Numbered from the stretch's first letter, positions 13,581 through 24,745 are shown. The stretch: DNA of 64,000 bases from Candidatus Latescibacterota bacterium (GCA_965248435.1 OZ252100.1:2112001-2176000); one strand, 5' to 3'. Program-made: numbers and translations. The notes: generated by a model from the sequence alone, not told the origin.

Positions 13581-16500
13581 GTGTCGGCAGAAACCCTCTC
13601 TATCAAGACCTATTCCCCTGAAGAGCTCCGGCTTCTCGCCGCTGAGGGCCGGCTCAAAGGTCGGGACATCGATCGGTTGATCAACCTGCGTCCCCACGTA
13701 GCTCGAAGAGATCGGGTGGTTGGCCGCGAGGCGTTCGAGCTCCACGCAAGTCGGCTTCCCTGCTGGACGGACCCCCTCCTCGCGCTCCAGACCTTTCTCG
13801 ACCTCGTGGAAATCCACAGCCCCTCCGGAGAAGAGGACCAGGTCGCGGATTACCTGACGCAGCGACTTCGCGAGATCGGAATTCACGATCAGGAACGCGA
13901 CGACTTCGGTAACCTTATCGCCACCCTCCCCGCAACCGCTTCGTCCGCCCCGAATCTGCTCTTTACGGCCCACATGGACTGCGTCTACCCCGGCGACGGC
14001 GCGCCCGTCAACCCCGTTTTCTGCGCTTCGGGTGAAATCCGTACTGACGGAGCCAATTCTCTGGGCGCCGACGACAAGGCCGGCATCACGGCCATCCTCT
14101 CCACCCTCCGTTATCTCAAATCTGCCCCCATTCCCCGAGGCGAAGTCCGGGTCTTATTTACCGTCCAGGAAGAGATAGGCTACCGCGGCATCAAACAGGT
14201 CCTGGCGAGCATCTTGAACGGCATCCACTTCGTGATCAGCATGGATCCTCCCGTGCGTGTCGAAAGGGGAGAATCCGCACACATGGCCGTGCTCCACGTG
14301 CGCCCGGGTCATCCGTTCATCTCCGAGGTCGAGGCCGCGGCCTCAGACTGTGGCCTCCGGCCTCAGACTGTGGCCTCCGGCCACAGATCCTCTTCGCCGA
14401 GGACGGCTACGTCGGCGGGGACACCATCTGTCTCTCGCCCCTGGGCGCGCAAGTCATCGACCTTTGTTCCGGCAGCCGCTACCCCCATACGCCCCACGAA
14501 CACCTGAACATTCGCGACCTGCTCGACCAGACCAGTTGGATGATGGCCGTGACAGAGCGGGCGCTCAACTTCAGTGCGAAGGACCTGGATCTCCACGCAG
14601 TCTACGGGGGGGAGCCGATCGGCGCGCTCACGGGCGCGCGCAAACAGGTGCCGCTTCCGGAGGACCTCTTAAGAGAAAAACTTGCTTTGGCCGGGACGGT
14701 CCACCTGCGTCCGGGACCGAGCATGGCCCCTGCCCTCGTGCACCTGTCCGCCGTAGCCCCGAAGATGGGGGATGCGGGCCTGATGCGAGCCGTCGGAGAT
14801 GCCTATCGCCGATGCCTTCGAATTCAGCACGTGCCGCAGGTCCTCCGTGACCTGAGCGCCTCTCTCGTCCACTTCTCCTCCAACGTGGCGGACGTCAGGT
14901 ATCTCGAGCCCTTGATCCCCGTCTGTCAGGACGTAATCGAGCGGGGAGGCGATGAAAAGGCCCAGCTCAATGCCCTCCGTTTCCTTCTGGATCTCTTCGA
15001 GAAGGGGCGCCGCGCTGACCTCCGCGCGAGACTCCTTCGCATCATCATCCTCTGCCTCCAGAGTAATGCACGCGCCCTTGTCGATGCCGCTACGCAGTTC
15101 CTCCGCGAGCATATGGAAGAGACCGTGCACGCTTTGACGGTCGCTTTTTGCAACAGGAACAGATCGGGCTGGGAGCGGCTCCTCTCCCCCGAAGGCGGCC
15201 GCATCGTCGGCGGACGAAGCCGTGGAAGAGTGCAATTCGCACGGTGGACACTCATCCGGCAGCGCATTCTTCAGCTGTTGCTGGAAGAGGACCGAATCCT
15301 GCCGGAGATGCTCGAGTGGATCTTTGCGAACGACGAAGCGGCCACCCAGAAGATCGCGATCGGTTTCATCGACCCGGACCACACGCCTCACATCGTGGAG
15401 CGTATTCTGCGAAACTTGACGAGTCGTGAGCGAGGCGTGCAGGAAACAGCGGTCCATTTTGTCGGTACGAACCGACTGCTTCAAGGTATAGGGCCTCTGA
15501 TCGATCTCCTCCTCACGCCCTATCTCTGTCGAAATCGAAGTCTCGTCGAATGGGCCCTGGATGCCATTGGGCGGCCCGCTTTGGACGAAGTCGTGAGCCG
15601 CCTCAGCTCCGAGGAGGAGTATGCGGCCTTCGTCCGAAGGATATTCAACAAATACGACCTGTCCACCGATTCTGATTTCGCCCTTACGCTCCAGGACCTG
15701 GAAGAAGCCTACGGTACTGATTTCCGCGTGGACGACCCACCTCACCTGTCCATGGTCGGCCTTTACATCGGTCGCCCGGAGTTAAGTCGCTTAAGAGACC
15801 TTACGCAATGGGACAAACGACGTGCGGTCGTATTTTTCGACCATCTCCTGAGACTCTATCCGGCCAGAAGAGACCTGGACAGACTCACAGAAGTCCTGGA
15901 TGATGCCGAGGATGGAAACAGGCCTCACTTTGTCCGGATGGCGCTTCAGAAGAATGTCTTTGAAGACTCTGAATTCCTGGACCTCGTCACCAAAGAGAAT
16001 TCGCGCTTCCTCGCCCATTACACCAGCCTTGAAAATCAATTCCCGCGCAACGTGATCCTCTCGCGCTTGAGACAGTTCATGGGCGGCGTGCAGCTCGATA
16101 TGTCGGACTTTAGAGACATAGAGATTTACTATCTCTACCTGCTCAAGCAGAGTCCCAAAATGCCGGACCGGACTCGCTATCTCAAACACATCGATCAGGC
16201 AAGCACAAGCCTGTTCCCTCCACTCAAACCCTACTGCAAGGCCTTTACGATCGAGGGAGACAGAATCGAGGAAGTCGGGACGGTCGATCGAGCGCGAGTC
16301 AAATCCCTTATTGCAGAACTCCCACAGAAGTCGCAGCGCGAAGACAAACTCCGCACCCTCCTCCTATCTGAATCGCTTGCCAGACGGGAGCGGCAGCGGC
16401 TGATCAACAGCCTGGCTGAAACGTTCAGCATAGATGTCGCGCAATACAACACGCTGCAGCAGAGGGCAGAGGCCGTTTTGAAGGAGATCGATTTCGATTT

Positions 16501-17824
16501 CGATGCCGCCTACCGTCCCGTACCTCAAGTCATCTTCCCTCACCTTCTGCGCATCAGAATGAAGCATCGCAGTAAGGCCATCGTGGATCCAATGACCTCC
16601 TACGCCCTTGAATACGCCCTCATCAATCACCCGGAGATAGCCGATGGTTTCGATTCCGGCGAGCTCGACCTCATTCTGGACAGTGTAAACGACCTTCTCA
16701 CAGACCGTGTCTACGAAGCCGAGCGCGACCTCTCCGAAGCGGTCTTTGGCGAACTCAGGCAAAAGCATGTGTCTGCGCTTTCTCAATTCTATACCGTCCA
16801 ATGGCGCGGTATATTCCGTAGCCTTAAAGCGCATTTTCGGTCGGGCCGTCCTGCCGAGTTGATCGAGGCGACGGAACTGGCCATGCGCGGTTATAATGTA
16901 GAAGATGAAGATGGCGCTGACTTGCTCGACACGAATCTGAATCGTCTAATTCATATCCTGAGGCCCAGAGACCCCGAACTGGTCGCAGGCCACCTTCGAC
17001 ACCGCGAGTTTTATAAGGTCTATTCTGCCGTCCTTCGAGTACGCAACATTCGGCAGCTCAAGCGGATCTACCAGGAGGTCTCCAGGGTCCTCCAGGACTT
17101 GATCTCCTACGCAACACGTCAGCACGATCAAGGGAACCGGAAGATCACCAACAAAGCGTCTGTCTCGCCCACGAATACGCAACTTCGCAGACCTGCACCC
17201 CCGGGATATCTCTCCTATTGTCGCAAGGAGCTGGGCAAGCTGGGCAAACTCCAGAGTGATTTCGTACTGGAGCGTGCATTGGAAAAGTGGGTCAACGCTG
17301 TACAATCAGAAATCACCAAACTCCGTCAGATCGTGATCGGGACGTCACAGATCCTTTGTGTTCCCAGCAAGGATGTGAGCATCGTCTACCGAAGCTGGCC
17401 TGGTAACGACTGCAATACCGGAGACATTCGGCAGGTACTCTGCCCGGACTGCTCATTCTATAAAATCATTTCCAACGGCGCCTGGAAGGGATATTTCACC
17501 CTGGTGGAGCTCCACCGAAAGAACGAACGCGCCCTCCTCCTCGATGTGCTCAACTACAGCGGACTCAAGATGGAAAATGAGAACTTCATTCGGGTCCTCA
17601 TACACCACATCATCCAGATCGCAAAGGCGGAGGGTATCAATTATGTCCTGACGAGCAGCTACGAAAACCACCTCTCCAACCGGGATTATATCCGTCGATC
17701 CTTCCAAAAGGCCTTTCCCTCCCGCGGCACGGTCCAGGGATTCTCTCTCACAAGCTCTCCGTCGGCGGCGTTCCAATCGCTTGTGGCCAACCTCTCGTTC
17801 ATCTGGAAGCGCGAACCTTCCTGA
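13581..17824 (+). pseudogene. M20/M28 metallopeptidase domain fused to HEAT-like and unknown domains (~1407 aa if repaired), frameshifted by a 20-bp tandem duplication
   Basis: SPSGEE, AHMDCV, LGADDKAG, QEEIG motifs. CCTCAGACTGTGGCCTCCGG is duplicated at 14341-14380. Removing one copy restores GGDT..PHTPHEHL and joins the ORFs 13509-14507 and 14540-17824. Confidence 0.8.
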
Positions 17825-17826
17825 AG

Positions 17827-17855
17827 TTGACACGCCTTCCTCAACTGCTTATTTT
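17827..17855 (+). promoter_or_regulatory. sigma70 promoter TTGACA-N17-TATTTT
   Basis: Perfect -35 with 17-nt spacer. Confidence 0.55.
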
Positions 17856-17944
17856 AGGTTCTTCGCCGAGTGGTCGGGGTTAGCTCCATTGGACCGCTGA
17901 ATGCCATCGGGGCCGCGGTGTGCGACTCCCGTGCAACAACACGG

Positions 17945-18061
17945 AGCGTATCTCGTTGGATGTATCCTGCCGTTCAAAAAACCGACCACGAAAATAGGAC
18001 GTGAATTCTTCGAAGCACCAGGGAACAGGCGAGATAACTAGCCTCGAGATACGAGATACGG
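17945..18061. mobile_element. ~120-bp MITE-like element, copy 2
   Basis: CGTATCTCG/CGAGATACG ends; interior colinear with 10070-10190. Confidence 0.6.
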
Positions 18062-18236
18062 CCTTTCGAATCAGGTTGAACCGTCGGGGCCGCGGTGTGC
18101 GACTCCCTTGCAACTAAATCCGTTCCTCCTCCCAGGGGGTTGGGGCCCTCTGTGGGACGGTGGGAGGTGGGGGGGTGGAGGTGTGGGCGAATGGAAATTC
18201 GCGGGGTGATGTGGCCTTGAAAAAGTGGACGGTGAA

Positions 18237-19082
18237 CTAAGCCGCTTTTTGGTGTTCGAAGGCGGCTGGAGATACGTAATCCAAAGACGCGTGCAGCCGC
18301 TGGTTGTTGTAGAAGACCTCGATGTATTCGAAGAGTTCTGGCTCGGCGTGCTCGAGGTCGTCCAGGTCGATGTGGTAAGCCCACTCGGTCTTGAGGGACC
18401 GGAAAAGGGACTCGGACACTGCGTTGTCCCAGCAGTTCCCCTTTCGGCTCATGCTCTGGACGAACCCATATTCGGCGATCTTTTCCCGGAACCCCTCGCA
18501 GCAGTATTGGATGCCGCGGTCGGAGTGGATCATCAGCCCCTTTGGCGGACGCCGGGCACGGATAGCACGCGAGAGCGCCTTGAGGACCATCTCGTGCCGC
18601 AGGCTGGTGCTCACGCACCACCCGACGATGCGCCGCGAGAACAGGTCGATGAAGACCGCCAGATACAACCAGCCAGCCTTGCTCGGCAGATACGTAATGT
18701 CGCTGGCCCACACCCTGTTCGGCGCGTCGATGTCAAAATTGCGATCCAGCAGGTTCGGCGCCGCAGCCAGATGGTGATTCGAGTCCGTTGTGGCCCTGAA
18801 CTTCCGTGCGACCTTCGACCGCAGGCCCTGCCGGCGCATCGATTGGGCAACTCGCGTGCGGCTGCACGGATGGCACTGGCCGGTCAAATACCGGGCGATC
18901 TTCGTGCTGCCGTAGCGAGCTTTGTGCGCCTCGAACGCCGCTCTGACTCGGGCGTCCAGAAGCCGCCGGGCCCTCTTTCTGGCGCTCTCGGGCCGCAGCA
19001 GCCAGGCATAGAAACCGCTCTTGGATACCTCCAGGACCTTCGCCATCCTCTCCACCGAAAATTCCCAGCGGTGGTCCCTCAT
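18237..19082 (-). CDS. IS3 transposase OrfB (DDE)
   Basis: WASDITY, HSDRG, GNCWDNAVSES motifs. Confidence 0.93.
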   Translation of the reverse strand: MRDHRWEFSVERMAKVLEVSKSGFYAWLLRPESARKRARRLLDARVRAAFEAHKARYGSTKIARYLTGQCHPCSRTRVAQSMRRQGLRSKVARKFRATTDSNHHLAAAPNLLDRNFDIDAPNRVWASDITYLPSKAGWLYLAVFIDLFSRRIVGWCVSTSLRHEMVLKALSRAIRARRPPKGLMIHSDRGIQYCCEGFREKIAEYGFVQSMSRKGNCWDNAVSESLFRSLKTEWAYHIDLDDLEHAEPELFEYIEVFYNNQRLHASLDYVSPAAFEHQKAA

Positions 19083-19393
19083 GAACCGGAACCGGCTTTC
19101 GGTGTCTTTGAAAAGATGGCGACTGCTTTTTTTAGGATGTCCCGTTCCTCACGAGCGATCTCCAGCTCGCGACGCAGACGGCGGTTCTCCTCCTCCAGGG
19201 GCTTCTGGTGCCCCGTACCCGGGAAGGACTCTTCAGGGTCGGCTTCAAGTTCCTTGCGCCACGTGCGGATCGCTCCCTGGTACAGCCCCAGGTCTCGCTC
19301 TACCTGCCGATCCGTCACGTCGCCGGCATCCGCGATCCGGACTGCTTCACGCTTGAAATCGGAATCAAATGTCCGTTTCGGTTTCCCTTTCAT
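19079..19393 (-). CDS. IS3 transposase OrfA (HTH)
   Basis: FKREAV..RTW..ENRRLRREL..ERDILKKA. AGGAGG SD before ATG 19393. Confidence 0.9.
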   Translation of the reverse strand: MKGKPKRTFDSDFKREAVRIADAGDVTDRQVERDLGLYQGAIRTWRKELEADPEESFPGTGHQKPLEEENRRLRRELEIAREERDILKKAVAIFSKTPKAGSGS

Positions 19394-19593
19394 AGACACA
19401 CCTCCTGACGGAAGATACTTTGGTTCTCGGTGTGTCCACAATTTCAAAACGCCTCAGGGTGGGGGTGGGTCCCACAGCGGGCATCAGGCGGGGGGAGGAG
19501 TTAGCCCTTTTGCTGCGCGCGTCTTCTCCACTGAGGGTAAGGTGCCGCGGCCGAGCCTCCCCGGCGTTTGAGGGGCGCCTTTCTTTTGCCTTC

Positions 19594-19658
19594 GGGCGCG
19601 GCACGCCGCGCCCCTACGGCGAAATATTTGAGTGTAGGGGCACAGCCGCGCTGTGCCC
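19594..19658. repeat. Inverted pair of GTAG-type REP hairpins
   Basis: GGGCGCGGCACGCCGCGCCCCTAC and GTAGGGGCACAGCCGCGCTGTGCCC. Confidence 0.55.
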
Positions 19659-19940
19659 AAGGGTAGCGGTTGCGGTAGGCCTTTTCTTGTGGCGAGACAA
19701 GAAAAGTAGGCTGCCGGAGGCATGATTTTGTGAACATGCTTCACCTCCCATGCGGTTAGGCCCTCTGGGCCGGTCCCATAGTGGGCGTCAGGCGGTGCAG
19801 GAGTCCCGCCCTGATTGCCGCCACCGTCCTTTTCACTGAGGGTGAGGGGCCGCGGTGTGCGACTCCCTTGTAACCAGCCAAATTCTCTTCCCGCGGGTTG
19901 CTCCTAAGCTGAACTAGACTCCCGATACGAAAGGGATGAT

Positions 19941-21182
19941 GTGTCTTCAACCCCAGAACTTCACCGTCTGAAGAACGGTATACGAGTCGCAGTGGAGCCC
20001 ATTCCGGGTGCCCAATCGATCGTCCTCGTCTTCCGGTTCGCCTTCGGGGCGAAGGACGATCCTCTGGACCGCCTCGGTATGGCGTGCGTGGTCGAAGAGA
20101 CACTGTTTAAAGGCACACCTTCGATGGACGCCCGATCGGTCTTTGACGCCTTCGATAACCTGGGTGTTCGACGGGGCTCGGCGGCCGGCGTCGAGTACAC
20201 GGAATTCAGAGCCCAGCTCCTGCCAAGACACTTCCCCGCTGCCATCGAGCTCTACTCAGAAGTCTTCAGAAGTGCTTCGTTCCCCGATGAAGCGGTTGAG
20301 GCTGCGAAGGCCCTGACCCTGGAGGAGATCAAGCGGCTGGAGGATAATCCGATACAGCAGGTCCTCTATCTCACCTATCAGGCCGGCCTGGGCGACCCGA
20401 TGGGCCGAATGCCCCTGGGAAATCCAGAGACCGTATCGGTGATCACCCCCCCCGGGGTGCGCAACTGCTGGACTACATACTGTAATCCGGAAAGACTCCT
20501 GATCTCGGTCGCTGGCGGCCTGGGCCTCCCGGAAGTAATGGAAAAGATCGACGAGATCTTCGGGCAATGGTCCTCCGGAGAAGACGGCCCGGACGAAGTG
20601 CATCGCGTATCCGTTGCCTCCCGGACCCTCCATCAGGAAAAACAGTCCGAGCAGCAGCACATCGGGATGCTCTTTTCGGCAGTGCCCAGAGGTCACGATC
20701 TTTACTACCCCGGGCAGCTGTTCGTGACCATCCTGTCGGGAGGCGGCTCCAGCCGCCTCTTTACCGAAGTCAGGGAGAAACGCGGACTTGCATACAGCGT
20801 GGCCGCCTTCTACCGCGCGCGCAGGGGCGGAGGTCTTATCGCCCTTTACGCCGGAACGACGCCCGACCGGGCCGATGAGACGCTTGCCGTTTGCCAGAGA
20901 GAGATCAAGCGCGTGGCAGAAGATCTGTCACCTGAGGAGCTGGAGCGGGCGAAGACGATCGTGAAAGGTCGCATCATGACCACCGGGGATCTTCCCGAGG
21001 GAAGAGCCGGCAGTCTTGCTGAGGACCTCTTTTTGGAAGGGCGCCCGCGCTCCCTGGATCAACTGACTCGCAGGATCGATGAAGTAGCGTTGGATCAGAT
21101 TCCGGCCTACCTGGAGGCCTTTCCGCCTGACCCGCTCACCCTTGTCACCCTCGGACCGCGTAGCCTTAAAGCGCCATCTTAA
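19941..21182 (+). CDS. M16 peptidase family, non-catalytic subunit
   Basis: M16 fold motifs (SSRLFTEVREKRGLAYSV) with HxxEH replaced by CVVEE. Confidence 0.88.
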   Translation: MSSTPELHRLKNGIRVAVEPIPGAQSIVLVFRFAFGAKDDPLDRLGMACVVEETLFKGTPSMDARSVFDAFDNLGVRRGSAAGVEYTEFRAQLLPRHFPAAIELYSEVFRSASFPDEAVEAAKALTLEEIKRLEDNPIQQVLYLTYQAGLGDPMGRMPLGNPETVSVITPPGVRNCWTTYCNPERLLISVAGGLGLPEVMEKIDEIFGQWSSGEDGPDEVHRVSVASRTLHQEKQSEQQHIGMLFSAVPRGHDLYYPGQLFVTILSGGGSSRLFTEVREKRGLAYSVAAFYRARRGGGLIALYAGTTPDRADETLAVCQREIKRVAEDLSPEELERAKTIVKGRIMTTGDLPEGRAGSLAEDLFLEGRPRSLDQLTRRIDEVALDQIPAYLEAFPPDPLTLVTLGPRSLKAPS

Positions 21183-21328
21183 TTGCGGATTTGGGATTTC
21201 GGATTTCGGATGGAAACTCAAGGTCCGCTTCTCAACAATCAATTCAACTTGAGATCACGATTCAGCGCTTTTGACCTTCATTCCGCAATCCCCAACCCGC
21301 AATCCGCAATTTCTTAGGAGTGTGTGAA

Positions 21329-22567
21329 ATGCAGTCTGCTTTCTCCGAGCATACACTGAAAAATGGCCTTCGTCTCGTCTTCGAATCCATCCCACGTATC
21401 CGATCTGCTGCAGTCGGCTTTTATGCCCATACCGGATCCCGGGACGAACCCGCCGACTGGTTGGGCGTTTCACATTTTCTTGAACACATGTGCTTCAAAG
21501 GAACAGCGAAAAGAGACTGGCGACAGCTTTCGGTGGACGTGGATGATCTGGGGGCCATGTGGAATGCCTACACGTGGTGGGAAGGCACGGCCTACTATCA
21601 TTGGGTTCAGAGCGACCGAGTCGTCGAATCCGTCGAGATTCTGAGCGATATGATGCGCTCCACGATTCCCGAGGAGGAGTTTAACGTGGAGAAGAAAGTG
21701 ATCTTGGAAGAGATCGCGATGTACAAGGATCGTCCGGATGCCCTCATCGTCGACGAACTGATAAACGACGTCTTCTCAGGTCACCCGCTCGGGCAGAGCG
21801 TGATCGGCACGGAGGAAACCGTTGGAAACCTGGCACGCGACCAGATGGCGGACTACTTCACGCGGCGCTACGCCTCAGACAACTTGACCTTTATCATCAC
21901 GGGCAGCTTCAACAAAGATGAAGTAATTCGTGTAATAGAACAAAACTGCGGTAAGTGGGAGTCCTTGGAGGCAACTCGGGAACAGCCCAAGCCCGGGTTT
22001 AAGAGGGGAACTCGGTGCATCAGACGGGACGAGGTCGCTCGAGAGCACATCGCCCTTGCGTTCCCTTCTCCGCCGGCGAATGACGACTGGGCGACCACCG
22101 CCGACTTACTCGCTTCCTATCTGGGGGCCGCATCGAACAGTCGGCTATACTGGTCGATCGTGGAAAAAGGTCTGGCCGACGAAGCCTCGGCAGATTATTT
22201 CGGTTTTAGTGACGCCGGGTTGTTCTACGTTTACATCTCGGTTGATCCAACAAAGGCCGGCCATGTCCTGGAGATCGTCCGGGAAGAGGTGGAGGCACTG
22301 AAGGAGGGTGTGGACCCAGAGGCCCTGGCCCGTGCGCGAACGAAGCAGGCCACGTCTCTCCTCTGCAGCGGGGAACACGGACTCCACAGATTCTCCCAAA
22401 TTGTGGGCGACCTGAGTACGAATACGCCTCCAAAGACTTTGGAAGAAGAATTGGCCGAAATCGATGCCGTGACACCTCAGCGCATCGCAGAATTCCTGGA
22501 GGCCTACCCTCTGGACGGCGAACCTGCCCTTGTCGCCGTAGGTCCGATGGGATCCCTGGACCAATAG
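21329..22567 (+). CDS. M16 peptidase family, catalytic subunit
   Basis: GVSHFLEHMCFKGT, NAYT, EKKVILEEI motifs. AGGAG SD. Confidence 0.92.
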   Translation: MQSAFSEHTLKNGLRLVFESIPRIRSAAVGFYAHTGSRDEPADWLGVSHFLEHMCFKGTAKRDWRQLSVDVDDLGAMWNAYTWWEGTAYYHWVQSDRVVESVEILSDMMRSTIPEEEFNVEKKVILEEIAMYKDRPDALIVDELINDVFSGHPLGQSVIGTEETVGNLARDQMADYFTRRYASDNLTFIITGSFNKDEVIRVIEQNCGKWESLEATREQPKPGFKRGTRCIRRDEVAREHIALAFPSPPANDDWATTADLLASYLGAASNSRLYWSIVEKGLADEASADYFGFSDAGLFYVYISVDPTKAGHVLEIVREEVEALKEGVDPEALARARTKQATSLLCSGEHGLHRFSQIVGDLSTNTPPKTLEEELAEIDAVTPQRIAEFLEAYPLDGEPALVAVGPMGSLDQ

Positions 22568-22654
22568 CCCCTTCGACCTGCACCAGACAAAAAAATTACG
22601 CCCCCGCTTCGGAGGCGCAATCAAGCAAATAAAATTCCTCAAAGAAACACCCTC

Positions 22655-23929
22655 TTACCCAGACGATTCCTCCAAAATCACCCTCCCACTCTCCTGCGTC
22701 TCTAACTGGGATGGGTAGGGTTCCAGAACCGATTCCACAGTCCGGGTCTTCTCGAAGAAGGACAGCACCCGGGTTAACACCCCATCAACGATCGCATCGG
22801 GACACGATGCCCCGCAAGTGAGTACCACGCTCAAAGGCCGCTTTTCCGGAAGCCAGCCTTCCGTCGGCGTGACTTGACGCGTCTCCAGAACAAAGTGACG
22901 AATCTGGTCCGGGTTAATTTCGTCCGCATTCTTAATGAAGTAGGTGGGCATCGCGTCCTCGCATAGCTCTACAATGTGCGAGGTGTTGGAAGAATTATAA
23001 CCTCCCACGACAAGCGCGAGGTCGGCGCCGTGATCGATGAGTGCATAGGTTGCGTTTTGATTCTCGTTCGTGGCATAACAGAGCGTATCTGAGGTGTCCG
23101 CGAAGTGGTTTTTGATATTCGCCTCACCATAACGATCTTTGAGGGCTTCCCGAATCACGCGAGCAATCTCCCGCGTCTCTGACGCAAGCATGGTCGTCTG
23201 ATTCACGACGCCGATCCGCTCCAGATCCCTGTCGGGATCGAAGCCTGCAGAACAGTACTCCTCGAACAGCTCAAAGAAGTCATCGCGAGACAGTTTTTTT
23301 CTGATGACATCCGCGAGACGATTCGCCTCATCTAAATTCAGTACAATAACTGTCGGAGCGCTTCTGATACTGTGCGAAAACGTGGCTCGGGTCTCTTCGT
23401 GCACGGCCTTCCCGTGGACCACGACGGTGTATCCCTCTTGACCCAGGTCGGCGCTCCGATTCCAGACCTTCTCCACGAAGGGACAGGTCGTATTATATGT
23501 ATAGGGATCGATGCCTCGGTCCGACAATTCCTGTTGGATTTCAAGTGTCGTGCCGAACGCCGGAACGACCACGATATCTTCGGACTGGAGCTTGTCCCAG
23601 GAAATGAGTTGCTCCCCAGTGGGCGTAAAAATGAACCGGACGCCCCGCCCAGTCAGATCCGCGTTCACGTCAGGATTGTGAATCATCTCACTCAGGAAGA
23701 ATATCCGGTGCTTCGGATATTCTTCGAGGGTCTTGTAGGCAATCTCTATGGCATTCTCCACCCCGAAACAAAACCCGAAATGGCGCGCAAGAATAAATCT
23801 CACGGGACCAAAATCGATCACTGACGGCGACAGGTCTCGTTTCTTGGTATCCTGCGTCTGTCTGGCCTTTTTCACCCGGGAAATGATTGGACTTTTGTAG
23901 AATTCCGGAATATCGAACTGTCGGGCCAT
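22655..23929 (-). CDS. ispH: 4-hydroxy-3-methylbut-2-enyl diphosphate reductase
   Basis: GFCFGVENA, IHN, TTCPFV, NQTT, TLCYAT, GGYNSSNT, GASCP motifs. Confidence 0.93.
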   Translation of the reverse strand: MARQFDIPEFYKSPIISRVKKARQTQDTKKRDLSPSVIDFGPVRFILARHFGFCFGVENAIEIAYKTLEEYPKHRIFFLSEMIHNPDVNADLTGRGVRFIFTPTGEQLISWDKLQSEDIVVVPAFGTTLEIQQELSDRGIDPYTYNTTCPFVEKVWNRSADLGQEGYTVVVHGKAVHEETRATFSHSIRSAPTVIVLNLDEANRLADVIRKKLSRDDFFELFEEYCSAGFDPDRDLERIGVVNQTTMLASETREIARVIREALKDRYGEANIKNHFADTSDTLCYATNENQNATYALIDHGADLALVVGGYNSSNTSHIVELCEDAMPTYFIKNADEINPDQIRHFVLETRQVTPTEGWLPEKRPLSVVLTCGASCPDAIVDGVLTRVLSFFEKTRTVESVLEPYPSQLETQESGRVILEESSG

Positions 23930-23933
23930 CGAC

Positions 23934-24383
23934 TCAAGTACCCCCTGTACTTCCGAATCCACCTCGGCTCTTCTCACTCAACGCTTGGGACTCTTCCCAC
24001 TCTACCTTGTCCACACGCACCAGAATCCCCTGAGCGATGCGCTCCCCTTTTTCCACGTCTACCGGCTGCTTGGAAAAGTTGTAGACCTGTACCTGAATCT
24101 CGTCCTCAGGCCCGCAGTAGTCCTGGTCAACAATCCCAACACCGTTCGGAATCATCAGCCCTTTTCGAAGGGGCAGACTACTGCGCGCCGCAATCATCAA
24201 CATGTACCCGGGCGGAACGGCGACGACAACGTTGGCGGGGACCAGGCGGATCTCGGCAGGGTGCACGGTGATGCGCTCTCGGGAGAGCAGGTCGAACCCG
24301 ACCGAACCTGGAGTCTCGTGCCGCGGAAGCGGGAGAGACGGATCGATCCGCCTAACGCGAACTTTTAACGTGGTATCACCCAG
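23934..24383 (-). CDS. dut: dUTP diphosphatase; start uncertain (possibly CTG at 24383)
   Basis: GSVGFDL, ARSS, GIVDQDYCG, GERIAQ, RGGFGSTG motifs. The frame extends upstream of the track's 24266 start. Confidence 0.9.
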   Translation of the reverse strand: MGDTTLKVRVRRIDPSLPLPRHETPGSVGFDLLSRERITVHPAEIRLVPANVVVAVPPGYMLMIAARSSLPLRKGLMIPNGVGIVDQDYCGPEDEIQVQVYNFSKQPVDVEKGERIAQGILVRVDKVEWEESQALSEKSRGGFGSTGGT

Positions 24384-24745
24384 GTCAATTGCCTTTCGCT
24401 ATAACACCAATCAGCCGGTTGGTCCTCGATTGGCGCTTGACGATCAACGATGCCAAATCTACGGACCCGGTACCCGTGTTTTGATTTCCCGCAATCCGGT
24501 CTTTGCGCGATCTTAAGTTTAGTAGGGACGTTCACACCTGTCAACCGCTTTCCCGATACTTGGCTTTCGAGTCTGCCGTCTGCGGTCTCTGATGCGAGAT
24601 TTTTCTTGTCTTTAGGTCGGGTTCTCATCTAACTTTTCGAGATTTGCTTTGCGGTTAGCATTCCAGAAGTTGATGACACGATCCACGAAAGACGAATCGG
24701 TCGTGTCCCACAGGACGCGACCTGAGACGAACGACGAGGTTCTAA

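Larger units (their letters stand above)
18207..19456 (-). mobile_element. IS3-family insertion sequence (1250 bp)
   Basis: Imperfect TG..CA IRs (TGATGTGGCCTTGAAAAAGTGGAC / TGAGGCGTTTTGAAATTGTGGAC), GGG direct repeat, orfA/orfB with an A7 slippery site at 19127-19133. Confidence 0.93.
17909..19874 (+). repeat. Three dispersed copies of 29-nt GGGGCCGCGGTGTGCGACTCCCKTGYAAC (17909, 18086, 19846)
   Basis: The 22-nt core is identical in all three copies. Confidence 0.8.

Noticed and set aside
17870-17945. tRNA or tmRNA (GGGGTTAGCTC.. and ..CGACTCCC)
   Set aside because: There is no cloverleaf, no GTTCRA T-loop and no acceptor stem/CCA.
18225-19571. 448-aa plus-strand ORF
   Set aside because: It is the antisense shadow of the IS3 transposase.
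17909-19874. Group II intron 5' ends (GTGCG)
   Set aside because: There is no domain V/VI or reverse transcriptase nearby.
19941-22567. Loss of HxxEH in the first M16 gene as a novelty
   Set aside because: Active/inactive M16 heterodimer pairs are well known.
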